A DNA stretch of 64,000 bases from the human T2T-CHM13v2.0 reference genome, Homo sapiens: assembly GCF_009914755.1 (NCBI RefSeq), contig NC_060925.1. One strand, given 5' to 3'. Both the position numbers and the translations under genes were made by a program. Positions 51,048-64,000 of this stretch are shown piece by piece; position 1 is the stretch's first letter, and each line of letters opens with the position of its first letter. The notes below the pieces were generated by a model. That model saw only the letters and a program-made list of their open reading frames with translations. It ran no database searches and was not told the DNA's origin.

Positions 51048-54000
51048 TCACGTGCCCAGGAGCAGCCCGGAGAAGCTGGAGCCCGCCTGGATGGTGAGGA
51101 CGGCCCCGGAGCCATTGTCCACAAACACAGAAGCGTACTGTCCAGCCTGTAAGAAGCACGGGGACGTCACAACCGCAGCCACAGCCCAGCCACTCGGTGG
51201 CCAACGTCTGCCCACCTGCCCTGCGCTAGGAGGTGCCGAGGCCCCAGAGGTCTGCGCCCTGAGTGCACCGAGCTCACACCCGGCCCAGCCCGAGTGCACC
51301 CGAGCCCTCCCGCTCACACCCGGCCCGGACTCACCTGCAGCTGCAGCAGCCCCTGCACCTGTAGCGTGAAGACCCTGCTGTTGCTCTCCAGGCCTGAGAC
51401 GGCCTCCAGGCACCTGAACACAGCCCCACAGGGCAAGAGGGAGGCGTTGCAGGTCCAGGGGGCCAAGACCTGCTCCAGTGCCCAGAGACCCCTGTGGCCT
51501 GTGAGCCCCTCCAAGGGTGGTCCGGGGGCTGCCGCCTGGAGCGGGGGCTGAGGTCACTCACGTGTGGCGCTGGCACAGGGACTCAATACAGATGAGAACA
51601 CACACCACGTCCCGGGCCCGCAGCCGGGCCTTGCCCTGCAGCTCACTGTGGTCTGCGGAGAGAGCCCTGGGGAGGGTGGTGCATGGGGGGCGGGGTGGGG
51701 GCTGGTGGGGAGGGGCTTCAGGGCACACATCCCAGGACAGGCCCAGGAGTGGCTGCTGGGGCTGGGGAGGGGGCGCCTGAGGCCAGGCGTGCAGCAGGGA
51801 CCCCATGCCCAGTCCAAGGCCCCCCATGGGGCAGGGGATAGGTCCCTAACAGGACCCGCACCCGGGGCCGGCGATGCCAGGCGCCCCCAGAAAGCTCAGC
51901 CCCAGCCCCGTCACAGCACACGGCACTGCCCCATCCGGCTCACCCACGTGCAGACTGGCAGAGAACTGGAAGATGCCGGACACGGGGGCCGTGAACCGAC
52001 CCGAGGCCAGGCTCAGACCGGAGCCTCGCAGGAAGGCACCTTGGGCAGCAGGCTGTGAGGGGCAGTGGGTGAGCGGCCAGCGCAGGGCCTGGCCCCCACC
52101 CCACAGACCCCGCCTGGGGAAGGTGCCTGCAACCGACAGCCCCTCACTCGGAGCAGCTCTCCCGGGACCCTCACGCTCACTGTGGGCACCAGCAGGACTG
52201 ACCCTCGAGTCCACACCCAGGAGGGTCTCCCTGCCTCCCGGCTACCGGGGACCCACGCTCCGTCTGGGCATAAAGTGTGATCTGGGCCCCCAGGGCCTCC
52301 CAACCCTGACCCGAGGCAGCCCCTCGCCCTCCGAGCCCCGCCCCCAGCCCCCAACCCACATGCTGCCCCATGAGTGTCAGGCGGTGTGTGTGGTCCCGTC
52401 TTGCCTGTGGGGCCCCACCCAACACCCCGCTCTAAGCTCCCGGCTCCACTCACAGCCTGGAAACCATGCAGCTCCACCAGCGTCCGCTTGTCCACCCGGC
52501 GGGGACCCTGCAGCCGGCAGTGAAAGGCCTCGCCCACCAGCCGCAGGCCCGCCCCCTGGGGCAGCAGCGGGTCCAGAAGCCCTGAGAACCGGCGCTCCGT
52601 GGCCTCTGTGGGGAGGAGGGCACAGGCGGCCAGCAGGGTCAGCACAGGGCCCAGGCACGTCTGGTCTCTGGGCAGTGCAGGGCGGCTGACCTTTCAGCAG
52701 CTCCTGAAACTCGTGAAGCAGAGTCTCCGCGGTCACTTCTGCACCTGGAGGTCCTGGGGGACCGAAGAGATCCCGCTGGGGGGAGAGAGAAGCAGGTGAG
52801 GGGCCCAGTGGGACCCGGTGGGAGCTACCACCACACCCTGTCCGGGGCTCAGACCCTGCAGCAGCCCGGGCGGGGCTCACCGGCTTCTTGTCCCTGCTTC
52901 CGCACCGCTTCCTTAAGGCGCCGTCGTCCGGCCGCCGGACAAAGTTCAGCCATGTCATGTGGGCGTCGGAGAACTCAGGTCCTGAGGCCTGGGATGGCTG
53001 AAGGGACGGGACGGGGCTAGCGCACTGAGGCTGCACCCTGCAGAGAGCTGGGACCCCAGGGCAGCGGGGAGCACTCAGGGCAGAACCAGGGAAGGCATCG
53101 CCGGCCAGGAGAAGGACCCACGGCCGCCCTTGGGGGAGTCAGAACCCTGACGTCCCAATGCCACCAGCAGGGCAGGCATGCGGGGCTTCTGTGGACACAG
53201 CCAGAGCCTGATGCCCTGAGCCCCTCACTCCTCCCCCACTCCTCCCCCTCCTCCCCCCACTCCTCATCCCACTCCTTCCCCCACTCATCTCCCTCCTCCC
53301 CCACTCCTCATCCCACTCCTTCCCCCACTCATCTCCCTCCTCCCCCCACTCCTCATCCCACTCCTTCCCCCACTCATCTCCCTCCTCTCCCCTCCTTTCC
53401 CACCTCCCCCTCCTCCTCCTCTTCCCCCTCTTCCCCCCACTCCTCCCCATTCCTCTCCCCTCCTCCCCCACTCCTTCCCCCACTCATCTCCCTCCTCCCC
53501 CACTCCTCTGCCCTCCTCTCCCACTCCTCCCCCTCCTCCCCCCACTCCTCATCCCCCTCCTCCCCCACTCCCCCCTCCTCCCCCTACTCCTCATCCCACT
53601 CCTTCCCCCCACTCCTCATCCCACTCCTTCCCCCACTCATCTCCCTCCTCCCCCACTCCTCTGCCCTCCTCCCCCTTCCCCCTCCTCCCCCCACTCCTCT
53701 CCCCTCTTCCCCCGACTCCTTCCCCTACTCATCTCCCTCCTCCCCCACTCCTCTCCCCTCCTCTCCCACTCCTCCCCCTCCTCCCCCACTCCTCCCCCCA
53801 CTGCTCTCCCCTCTTCCCCCCACTCCTCCCCCACTCCTCTCCCCTCCTTCTCCACTCCTCTCCCCTCCCACTCCTCCCCCACTCCTGTCCCCTCCTCCCC
53901 CCTCTTCCCCCTCCTCCCCCCACTCCTCATCTCCCTCCTCCCCACTCCTCTCCCCTCTTCCCCCCACTCCCCCCACTCCTCCCCCACTCCTCTCCCCTCT

Positions 54001-55623
54001 TGCCCCCACTCCTCCCCCACTCCTTCCCCACTCCTCTCCTCTCTTCCCCCCACTCCTCCCCCACTCCTCTCCCCTCCTCCCCCACTCCTCTCCCCTCCTC
54101 CCCCACTTTTCACCCTCCTCCCCCCACTCTTCCCCCTCCTCCCCGCACTCTTCTCCCCTCCTCCCCCACACCTCTCCCCTCCTCCCCCCACCCTACCCTC
54201 TCCTCCCCCCATTCCTCCCCCACTCCTCAGGCATCCGCTATCCGCTTGCTGTCCTGTTGACCACCACCGCAATGTGCTGAAGGGACCCGGCGCCCTGGAG
54301 GGGCCTGTACCTCAGCCTATCTGGGGGCTGAGAGCCAGAGGCAACAGAGAGCAGGCTGCAGGAGAACCGCCCAACCCTGGAAGCCTGGAGGGCCAGCCTG
54401 AGCACACACCTCACAGCCCTCCAGCCGGCACCCTTTGAGGGAGGCCCGCCACCCTGCAGGGTCTCTGGAGGAGTGGCCCTGGGCAGTGGGGTGCCCCCTC
54501 CCTTCCAGGGGGACTGGCCCGGACTGCTGAAGACCCCCCCACTGCCCCGCCCCTGCCAGCACTGCCAGCCTGGCCCTAGCGCCGGGAACCAGCCCACTCT
54601 TCCTGAGCTGGCAGAGCCGCGGCCTCAACCCTCCTCAGCCTTCCCATCTGGGAAACGGGACCTCGGGCTCCAGCGGGGCCGCGTGGGCTGAGAGGCAGCC
54701 GGGCTGGCTGCAGCAGAGACGCCCTCGGGAGGAGGGAGACCAGCATCAAAGGTGTGAGGGCCGGGGATGGGGGCTGCTCTGGCAACTGCGGCTCCCCTCC
54801 CAGTCCTGGGGCCCACGACGGCGGCAGCAAGACCTGCCCTCCAAGACCCCTGGAGAGACCCTGAGCAGGAGAGAGGAAGCCCAGGGTTGAGGTGGGCTTG
54901 GGGCCTTCTGTCTTTGTGAGGACGCCCGGCCTGACTGGGGCCCCAGGACTTAACCCGCAAGAGGGGGTGCTAGCTACACAGGACCCCCAGAAAGCACAAG
55001 GGACAGGCTCGCCATGGCGTCTCCAGCCGCAGGAGTCATGGGGCGCTGGACTCCCAAGGGGTCTGGTGAACCATCCAGCAAGCAGCCGGAACCACCCCAC
55101 CCCCGCCCCCAAATCAGCAATTAACCTAATAGCAACAGGTTCCTCAGAGCGCGGCAGGCCCACGCTTCAAAGGGTTAACTGCGGCCCCCAACCGCGGGAA
55201 GCCCCCTTCACCCACCCACCCCAGGCCAGCTGGGGGCCAGGTCTCCGCTGCAGAGGAGGAGAGGGCTTCCCAGAGGCCGGCCTGGCTGGGCTGCAGCAGA
55301 TTCTCAAGGCGGGACCGTGGCCGAGGCCTCGAAAAGGGCGACCCGGAGGCAGAGCCGGCAGGGACAGAGCCTGCTGGGGGAGGACGCCCCAGAGCCCCAG
55401 CTCCGAAGCTGCCCCGCGAGGGCCCACGTGCGTCCCGGCCGCGTACCTTGGGGGCCTCGGGCAGCCCCTCGCGGGAGGACGCGCTGGCGGTGGCGTTGGG
55501 GGGATCTGCGCGCTGGCCAGGCTGCTGCGTCCTCTGTGCCTCCCGCCGGGCCCCGACGCCCCCGAGGAGCACGAGCTGCGGCCCGAGGAGGACCACGACC
55601 GCGGCCCAGGCCCAGCGCCGCAT
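51048..55623 (-). CDS. C1QTNF12: C1q/TNF-related protein 12 (adipolin, FAM132A), 302 aa. Exons 55623-55447, 52997-52881, 52775-52691, 52605-52454, 52052-51944, 51652-51562, 51413-51335, 51146-51048
   Basis: Signal peptide [20 protein letters not shown], short GPPGPPG collagen-like stretch, C1q-like domain ([18 protein letters not shown]...SFSGLLLG). Exons sum to 909 nt. Confidence 0.97.
53221..54228. repeat. About 1-kb polypyrimidine/polypurine low-complexity tract (CCCCACTCCTC-like)
   Basis: Almost entirely C/T with scattered A on the + strand. Confidence 0.95.
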
Positions 55624-56010
55624 GGCTCCGTCCCGAGGCGGCTCAGCGCGGCGAGTCTCGGCGCCAGGGCGCAGTCATGGGGACGGCCGGCGCTCAGAGC
55701 CCCCGCGCGGGGGCGAGGCCCAGGGGCGCGCCCGGCCTCCGCCGCTGCATGTCTGCGCGGACCTGCCCGGAACGGCGGCGCGACGGCGCTCAGGTCCCCC
55801 CGGGGTCCCGCTCCAGCCCCCGCTCCCAGCCCCCGTCCTCTCTGGCCTCCTCACTCCGCCGCCCAGTAAATCCTCCCCTCGCCTCCTCCTCCCCAGACCT
55901 CGCAGGCTCCAGGGTGGGGGCTCACACTCGGACGATCAGCCAGCCGCCCGGGCGCCCCGACGGCCAGGGACGGAGACGGGGCGGAGACCCCCACTGACCC
56001 CGGCCGCTGC
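55300..56010 (-). promoter_or_regulatory. C1QTNF12 CpG-island promoter / exon 1
   Basis: CpG-dense sequence around the ATG at 55623. Confidence 0.75.
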
Positions 56011-57007
56011 TTCTTGCCTCCCGTCCCCAGACCCCACCCTGCCCCCATTGCTTCCCCAAAGGTCCACCTCATTCTGGGAACCGTGAAGACAGCAGCCTAC
56101 CTCCTCGCCCTCCCTGCCAGCTGAACTCAACCTGGCTCCCCTCACAGCAGCCTCTGCAGCCAGCCACCGGAGGGCAGCTACCAGCCAGCCAAAGCCCCAG
56201 CCCCTTCCCACGACCTCCTCACCCAGGCTCCCCCGGGTGCCCCGCCCTGACTCACGGCCCCGGCCCAGGGTCCTGGGGGTGCTGGCCGGCCTCGCTGGGG
56301 CCCCACTCGGGGGAAAGGTGAGGCCAGATCATGGCGACAGGCCCCTTGGGCTCAGTGGCTGGAGGAATGGGGTGGCCAGGTGGGGCTGGAAGACCCTCCA
56401 GCCGCTGGTCCTGGCCGAGGCTAACAGTGGCCCAAGGTCAACATGCCGGCCCTGATGGACAGCTCGGAACACTCCAGACCCTCCCCTCTTGCCAGACACG
56501 AAGGTAGCCACGCCGAGACCCCAGCGTCAACCCCAGCCCCAGGCCACATCCACAGGCAGAGCCACGGGAGACCAGGCTGGGATGGGGATGACGCTTGGGA
56601 ACCCACCAGGGACCCCGGCTGCCCCCTCGCCCTCCGGGCTCTCAGGCACTGACTGGCATCTCCAGAGAGCACTGTGGAAGCCTCCCGGCCCCGTGTCCGC
56701 TCGTGAAGGTGGTGGAGGACCCTGGGGACACGGCACAGCGCCCACACAGTACCAGCCCTGCTGGACCCCCGCAGGTGAGCCCTGGATGTGGCCTGCATCT
56801 AGCATGGGTCGGGAAAGGCAGCCCCAACACCCCTCAATCCAGGCTTGGGGCAAAGGGAGGGGTGGGCAGGTGCCCTGGCCAAGGAGACCCCCCGCCCAGG
56901 GCTACCAGACCCCTCCTCACAGGCAGGGCATCCAAATTTTCTCTGTCACCCACTGGCAATGAGCTCCCCTGTGACTCTAGACAGAACAGGCTGGATCTCC
57001 AACTCTG

Positions 57008-58686
57008 ACCTACAGGCAGGAAAGTGGGCAGCCCTGGGAGGCTGGACTGAGGGAGGCTGGACTTCCCACTCAGGCCTACACGCAGGAAAATGGGCAGCCC
57101 TGGGAGGCTGGACCGAGGGAGGCTGGGCCTCCCACTCCACCCTACAGGCCAGGACACGGGCAGCCCTGGGAGGCTAGACCGAGGGAGGCTGGGCCTCCCA
57201 TCTACCCTACAGGCCGGGACACAGGCAGCCCTGGGAGGCTGTACCGAGGGAGGCTGGGCCTCCCCCTCTGCCCTACAGGCAGGAAAACGGGCAGCCCTGG
57301 GAGGCTGGACCAAGGGAGGCTGGACTTCCCACTCTACCCTACAGGCAGGAAAACAGGCAGCCCTGGGAGGCTGGACCGAGGGAGGCTGGGCCTCCCACTC
57401 TGCCCTATAGGCCGGGACACAGGCAGCCCTGGGAGGCTAGACCGAGGGAGGCTGGGCCTCCCACTCTGCCCTACAGGCAGGAAAACGGGCAGCCCTGGGA
57501 GGCTGGACCAAGGGAGGCTGGACTTCCCAATCTACCCTACAGGCAGGAAAACAGGCAGCCCTGGGAGGCTGGACCGAGGGAGGCTGGGCCTCCCACTCTG
57601 CCCTACAGGCCGGGACACAGGCAGCCCTGGGAGGCTGGAGCAAGGGAGGCTGGGCCTCCCACTCCGCCCTACAGGCCGGGACACGGGCAGCCCTGGGAGG
57701 CTAGACCGAGGGAGGCTGGGCCTCCCACTCTGCCCTACAGGCAGGAAAACGGGCAGCCCTGGGAGGCTGGACCGAGGGAGGCTGGACTTCCCACTCTACC
57801 CTACAGGCAGGAAAACGGGCAGCCCTGGGAGGCTGGAGCGAGGGAGGCTGGGCCTCCCACTCCGCCCTACAGGCCGGGACACGGGCAGCCCTGGGAGGCT
57901 GGAGCGAGGGAGGCTGGGCCTCCCACTCCGCCCTACAGGCCGGGACACGGGCAGCCCTGGGAGGCTGGAGCGAGGGAGGCTGGGCCTCCCACTCCGCCCT
58001 ACAGGCCGGGACACGGGCAGCCCTGGGAGGCTGGACCGAGGGAGGCTGGGCCTCCCACTCCGCCCTACAGGCCGGGACACGGGCAGCCCTGGGAGGCTGG
58101 ACCGAGGGAGGCTGGGCCTCCCACTCCGCCCTACAGGCCGGGACACGGGCAGCCCTGGGAGGCTGGACCGAGGGAGGCTGGGCCTCCCACTCCGCCCTAC
58201 AGGCCGGGACACGGGCAGCCCTGGGAGGCTGGACCGAGGGAGGCTGGGCCTCCCACTCCGCCCTACAGGCCGGGACACGGGCAGCCCTGGGAGGCTGGAC
58301 CGAGGGAGGCTGGGCCTCCCACTCCGCCCTACAGGCCGGGACACGGGCAGCCCTGGGAGGCTGGACCGAGGGAGGCTGGGCCTCCCACTCCGCCCTACAG
58401 GCCGGGACACGGGCAGCCCTGGGAGGCTGGACCGAGGGAGGCTGGGCCTCCCACTCCGCCCTACAGGCCGGGACACGGGCAGCCCTGGGAGGCTGGACCG
58501 AGGGAGGCTGGGCCTCCCACTCCGCCCTACAGGCCGGGACACGGGCAGCCCTGGGAGGCTGGACCGAGGGAGGCTGGGCCTCCCACTCCGCCCTACAGGC
58601 CGGGACACGGGCAGCCCTGGGAGGCTAGACCGAGGGAGGCTGGGCCTCCCCCTCTGCCCTACAGGCAGGAAAACGGGCAGCCCTGG
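57008..58686. repeat. 66-bp VNTR, about 25 copies
   Basis: Unit CTACAGGCCGGGACACGGGCAGCCCTGGGAGGCTGGACCGAGGGAGGCTGGGCCTCCCACTCCGCC, 22-aa periodicity in the ORF track. Confidence 0.97.
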
Positions 58687-59657
58687 TGTAGAGGGCAGCC
58701 CTACAGGGTTTGTGGGTTTTTCTCCCCGTGTGCGGAGATGAGAGATCGTAGAAATAAAGATACAACACAAAGAAATAAAAAAGACAGCTGGGCCCGGGGG
58801 ACCACTACCACCAAGATGTGGAGACCGGTAGTGGCCCCGAATGCCAGGCTGCGCTGTTATTTATTGGATACAAGACAAAGGGGCAGGATAAGGAGCGTGA
58901 GCCATCTCCAGTGATAGGTAAAGTCACGTGGGTCACGTGTCCACTGGACGGGGGCCCTTCCCTGTTTGGCAGCCAAGGCAGGGGCCAGGGAGAGAGAGAG
59001 ACAGCTTACGCCATTATTTCTGCTTATCAGAGACTTTTAGTACTTTCACTAATTTTGCTACTGTTATCTAAAAGGCAAAGCCAGGTGTACAGGATGGAAC
59101 GTGAAGGCGGACTAGGAGTGTGACCGCTGAAGCACAGCATCATAGGGAGACGGTTAGGCCTTCGGATAACTGTGGGTGGGCCTGACCCTCCACAAGAGGT
59201 GGAGGAGTAGAGTCTTCTCTAAACTCCCCCGGGGAAAGGGAGACTCCCCTTCCCAGTCTGCTAAGTAGCGGGTGTTTTCCCTTGACACTGACGCTACCGC
59301 TAGACCACGGTCTGCTTAGGTCACGGGTGCCTTCCCAGGCGCTGGCGTTACTGCTAGACCAAGGAGCCCTCTGGTGGCCCTGTCCGGGCGTAACGGAAGG
59401 CTCGCACTCTTGTCTTCTGGTCACTTCTCACCATGTCCCCTCAGCTCCTATCTCGGTATGGCCTGGTTTTTCCTAGATTATGATTATAGAGCGAGGATTA
59501 TTATAATATTGGAATAAAGAATAATTACTACAAACTAATGATTAGTGACACATATGGTCTATACCAAGTATAACTCTTATTTTATATATTTTGTTACACT
59601 GGGACAGCTTGTGCCCTCGGTCTCTTCCCTCGGCACCTGGGTGACTTGCTGCCCTCA
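58687..59657 (-). mobile_element. LTR13/LTR13A-type (HERV-K HML-4) solo LTR, TSD CCCTGG
   Basis: TG...CA termini. Minus start TGAGGGCAGCAAGTCACCCAGGTGCCGAGG. 6-bp TSD at 58681-58686 and 59658-59663. Confidence 0.85.
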
Positions 59658-60354
59658 CCCTGGGAGGCTGGGCCTAACTGGGAAGGATGTGGCTTCGTGT
59701 TCCCAACCCCAGGCACCTTTAAAATGAGCTGAGCCTGGCACCCAGGCAGGAACACTCAGCCCCCATGCTCCCTCTAGAAGACGACCAAGAGGACCCCACC
59801 CTCTGGGTCACCCACCAAGGATCCAGGGTACCCTGGGCCACAGCCACGAGCTGCTCACAAGGGGAGGCTCAGGTGCAGCTGCTGGCTCTGCTCACCCCCT
59901 GCACCCCCCAACGCAGACACCCTGACACCCCCCGGCCCTGGAAAAATGGCAAAGGACCACGGTGCCCTGCCCAGCCGCCTGCTGCAGGGAGAGCAGCTCC
60001 CTCAGACCCGGAGTGCTCTGCTGTGCCGGCTGGTTCATCAGCACTCAGGCAGGCCTGGGCATGCGCTCACAGAGAAGCTCGAGGTTGCCAGAACACAGGA
60101 AACGCCTCTTCTTTCCTGTGACCACGAGGCCACGTGCTCACCTGTCTGCAGAATATCAACTTTTAAGGGGCTTTTCTCTCCTCATTAAAAGACTTCACAG
60201 TGTGCTCTGCATGGCGAGGGGACACACCGTGCTCCCAGGGGGAAGTCAAGGACGGCCTCCACCGGTGACAACACAAGAACAGAGGGGCCCACGATTCCTC
60301 TAAGGGAGACGGGGACAGAGGGTCAGACGTGCCCGGCCCAACAGGCCAAACATC

Positions 60355-60720
<366 letters not shown>

Positions 60721-60745
60721 TGATCGCTAAAAGTTGAGATTTCAG

Positions 60746-62293
<1,548 letters not shown>

Positions 62294-62298
62294 GTTGA

Positions 62299-62585
<287 letters not shown>

Positions 62586-62939
62586 AGTAGCGTGTTGAGT
62601 AAACACTCTATTCGTTAGCATTCCCCCTCCCATGAGCCTCGGGAGACACCGGGCTTTGGAAGTGATGCTGGCGGTCACAGAAGCGGAGATCAGGGCAGGG
62701 CTGGCATCCAGTACGGGATGGGGAGAGAGCCCTGCAGAGGGCTCTACACCATGGCTCCAGCGACGCGATTCCCTGTGGGGACCCACCTGCCCTGCAGCTG
62801 CCACACCACCCCAGGCCAGCAGGTGTGACCCCCTGGTCACGGGCCACCCCAGCCCTGAGCACAGAGATGGACACACATCCCGGCCCACACAGACACAAGC
62901 AGCATGAAATTCAGAAATAAAGATATAATGAAAGACCTT

Positions 62940-64000
62940 TTTTTTCCACAAGAATAGGTTAAATACATACAATTGGTAAATTATAGAGCAATTCTGAATA
63001 AACTGATCAAAAAACGAAGAAAGATGAGCGCGTGCGGGCTGGGCTTGTCTCACGCCCGCCTCCGGACAGGGTGGGTTTCTTGCCGGCGGCCGTGCCCCAC
63101 CTCGACGCGATGCACCTGCGGTACATCCCACCCAGGCGAAGTCACGGAACAGACGCAGAAGAGGGGAGACGGCCGAGACCCGGGGAGCCACGCGGCCCGA
63201 AACAGCCCCTGCTGGCTCTGGCGTCTTTCCGGGCCGGGGTGCCCCTCTGCCATGTTCCGTGGACAGCGAACACCCGGGCCGGAGCCATTACCTACTGTGA
63301 AGGCCAGCGCAGGGGGCACGGGATGTGAGGGAGGCCCCCGAGTGCACGGGGCCTTCTGCAGGGACTCCGGTCCTCCGCCTTCCACCAGCATAGGAGGACG
63401 GGCTTCTGGCCCACCGGACATAAGGAATTCAGAGAAAAGGCTCTGCAGGTACCCAAGGCCCCCCAGCCTGCAGCACCGAGGGGCGCCCAGGAGGCCCGGC
63501 CTGCGGAGGGCACCGGCAGCCCCCGCCCCGCTCGCGGCCGCCGCAGTCAAGGGCGACTTGTGGTTGGAGTGAGCAGGCTCCTGGCTTCCAGGGCAGCAAA
63601 AACCCCCAAGCACTTTCTAGAAGGAATGTGTTTCATTCTGACTGTAAACACATTTGTAAATGCTGAGACCAAACCCCGACTTATGGATCCTGAGCCACGG
63701 CCGTCACTGGCCCCGCTAAGCCTCATCACCACACGGCCAGGCCAGACCAGCACCCGCGGACGCCAGCTCCACCCCTGGGCCCCGAGGTTCCCACCCGCTG
63801 AGGAGCCGGGAGCTCCGAGAAACGCGCCAGGAGCTCCAAGAACGCAGGAGCAGCCCGCGGTCGGCAGCAAGTTTGCATTTCTAAGTGACCACATCTAATA
63901 AAATGAAAAACGGGTTTACTAAAACAGGTCCAAAGACAACACGGAAGATAAGCTACAAATCCAGCACACAAGGCCCACCCACACCAGCCCCAGCGGCCCG
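62940..64000 (-). other. UBE2J2: Probable distal 3' UTR of UBE2J2 (coding exons outside window)
   Basis: Inferred from gene order at this locus and from recalled UTR sequence. U-rich stretches on the minus strand. Exact 3' end not determined. Confidence 0.6.

Noticed and set aside
53017-54272. Glu/Gly/Arg-rich ORFs
   Set aside because: Low-complexity purine tract within an intron
57796-58770. 324-aa Arg/Pro/Ser-rich ORF
   Set aside because: Translation of the 66-bp VNTR, starting within the LTR at a non-ATG codon
63050-63613. 187-aa ORF at the right end
   Set aside because: No domain or splice support. It lies in the probable UBE2J2 3' UTR

Overview
Human (primate) GC-rich, gene-dense DNA. 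The gene order matches 1p36.33: the last three coding exons of TTLL10 (+), TNFRSF18/GITR (-, 241 aa), TNFRSF4/OX40 (-, 277 aa), SDF4/Cab45 (-, 362 aa), intronless B3GALT6 (+, 329 aa, head-to-head with SDF4), C1QTNF12/adipolin (-, 302 aa), and probably the 3' UTR of UBE2J2 (-) at the right edge. I reconstructed exons by reading GT-AG boundaries, and for the five complete genes they sum to full stop-terminated ORFs. Non-coding DNA holds about 20 Alus, old L1/MaLR remnants, a MER9 LTR, two inverted LTR13 solo LTRs and many VNTRs. Most long ORFs in the supplied track are GC or repeat artefacts, and I found no convincing new protein-coding system. The best candidates for undescribed biology are regulatory or structural hypotheses: an ERSE-like/GASE element in the promoter shared by two Golgi genes, plus a tandem CACGTGGC array in SDF4 intron 1; a perfect hairpin over the GITR exon-1 donor; an AG|GTGAGT recursive-type splice site downstream of TTLL10; G-rich VNTRs just past the GITR and OX40 poly(A) signals; an inverted templated insertion inside an Alu; and a nested Alu/Alu/LTR13 stack.
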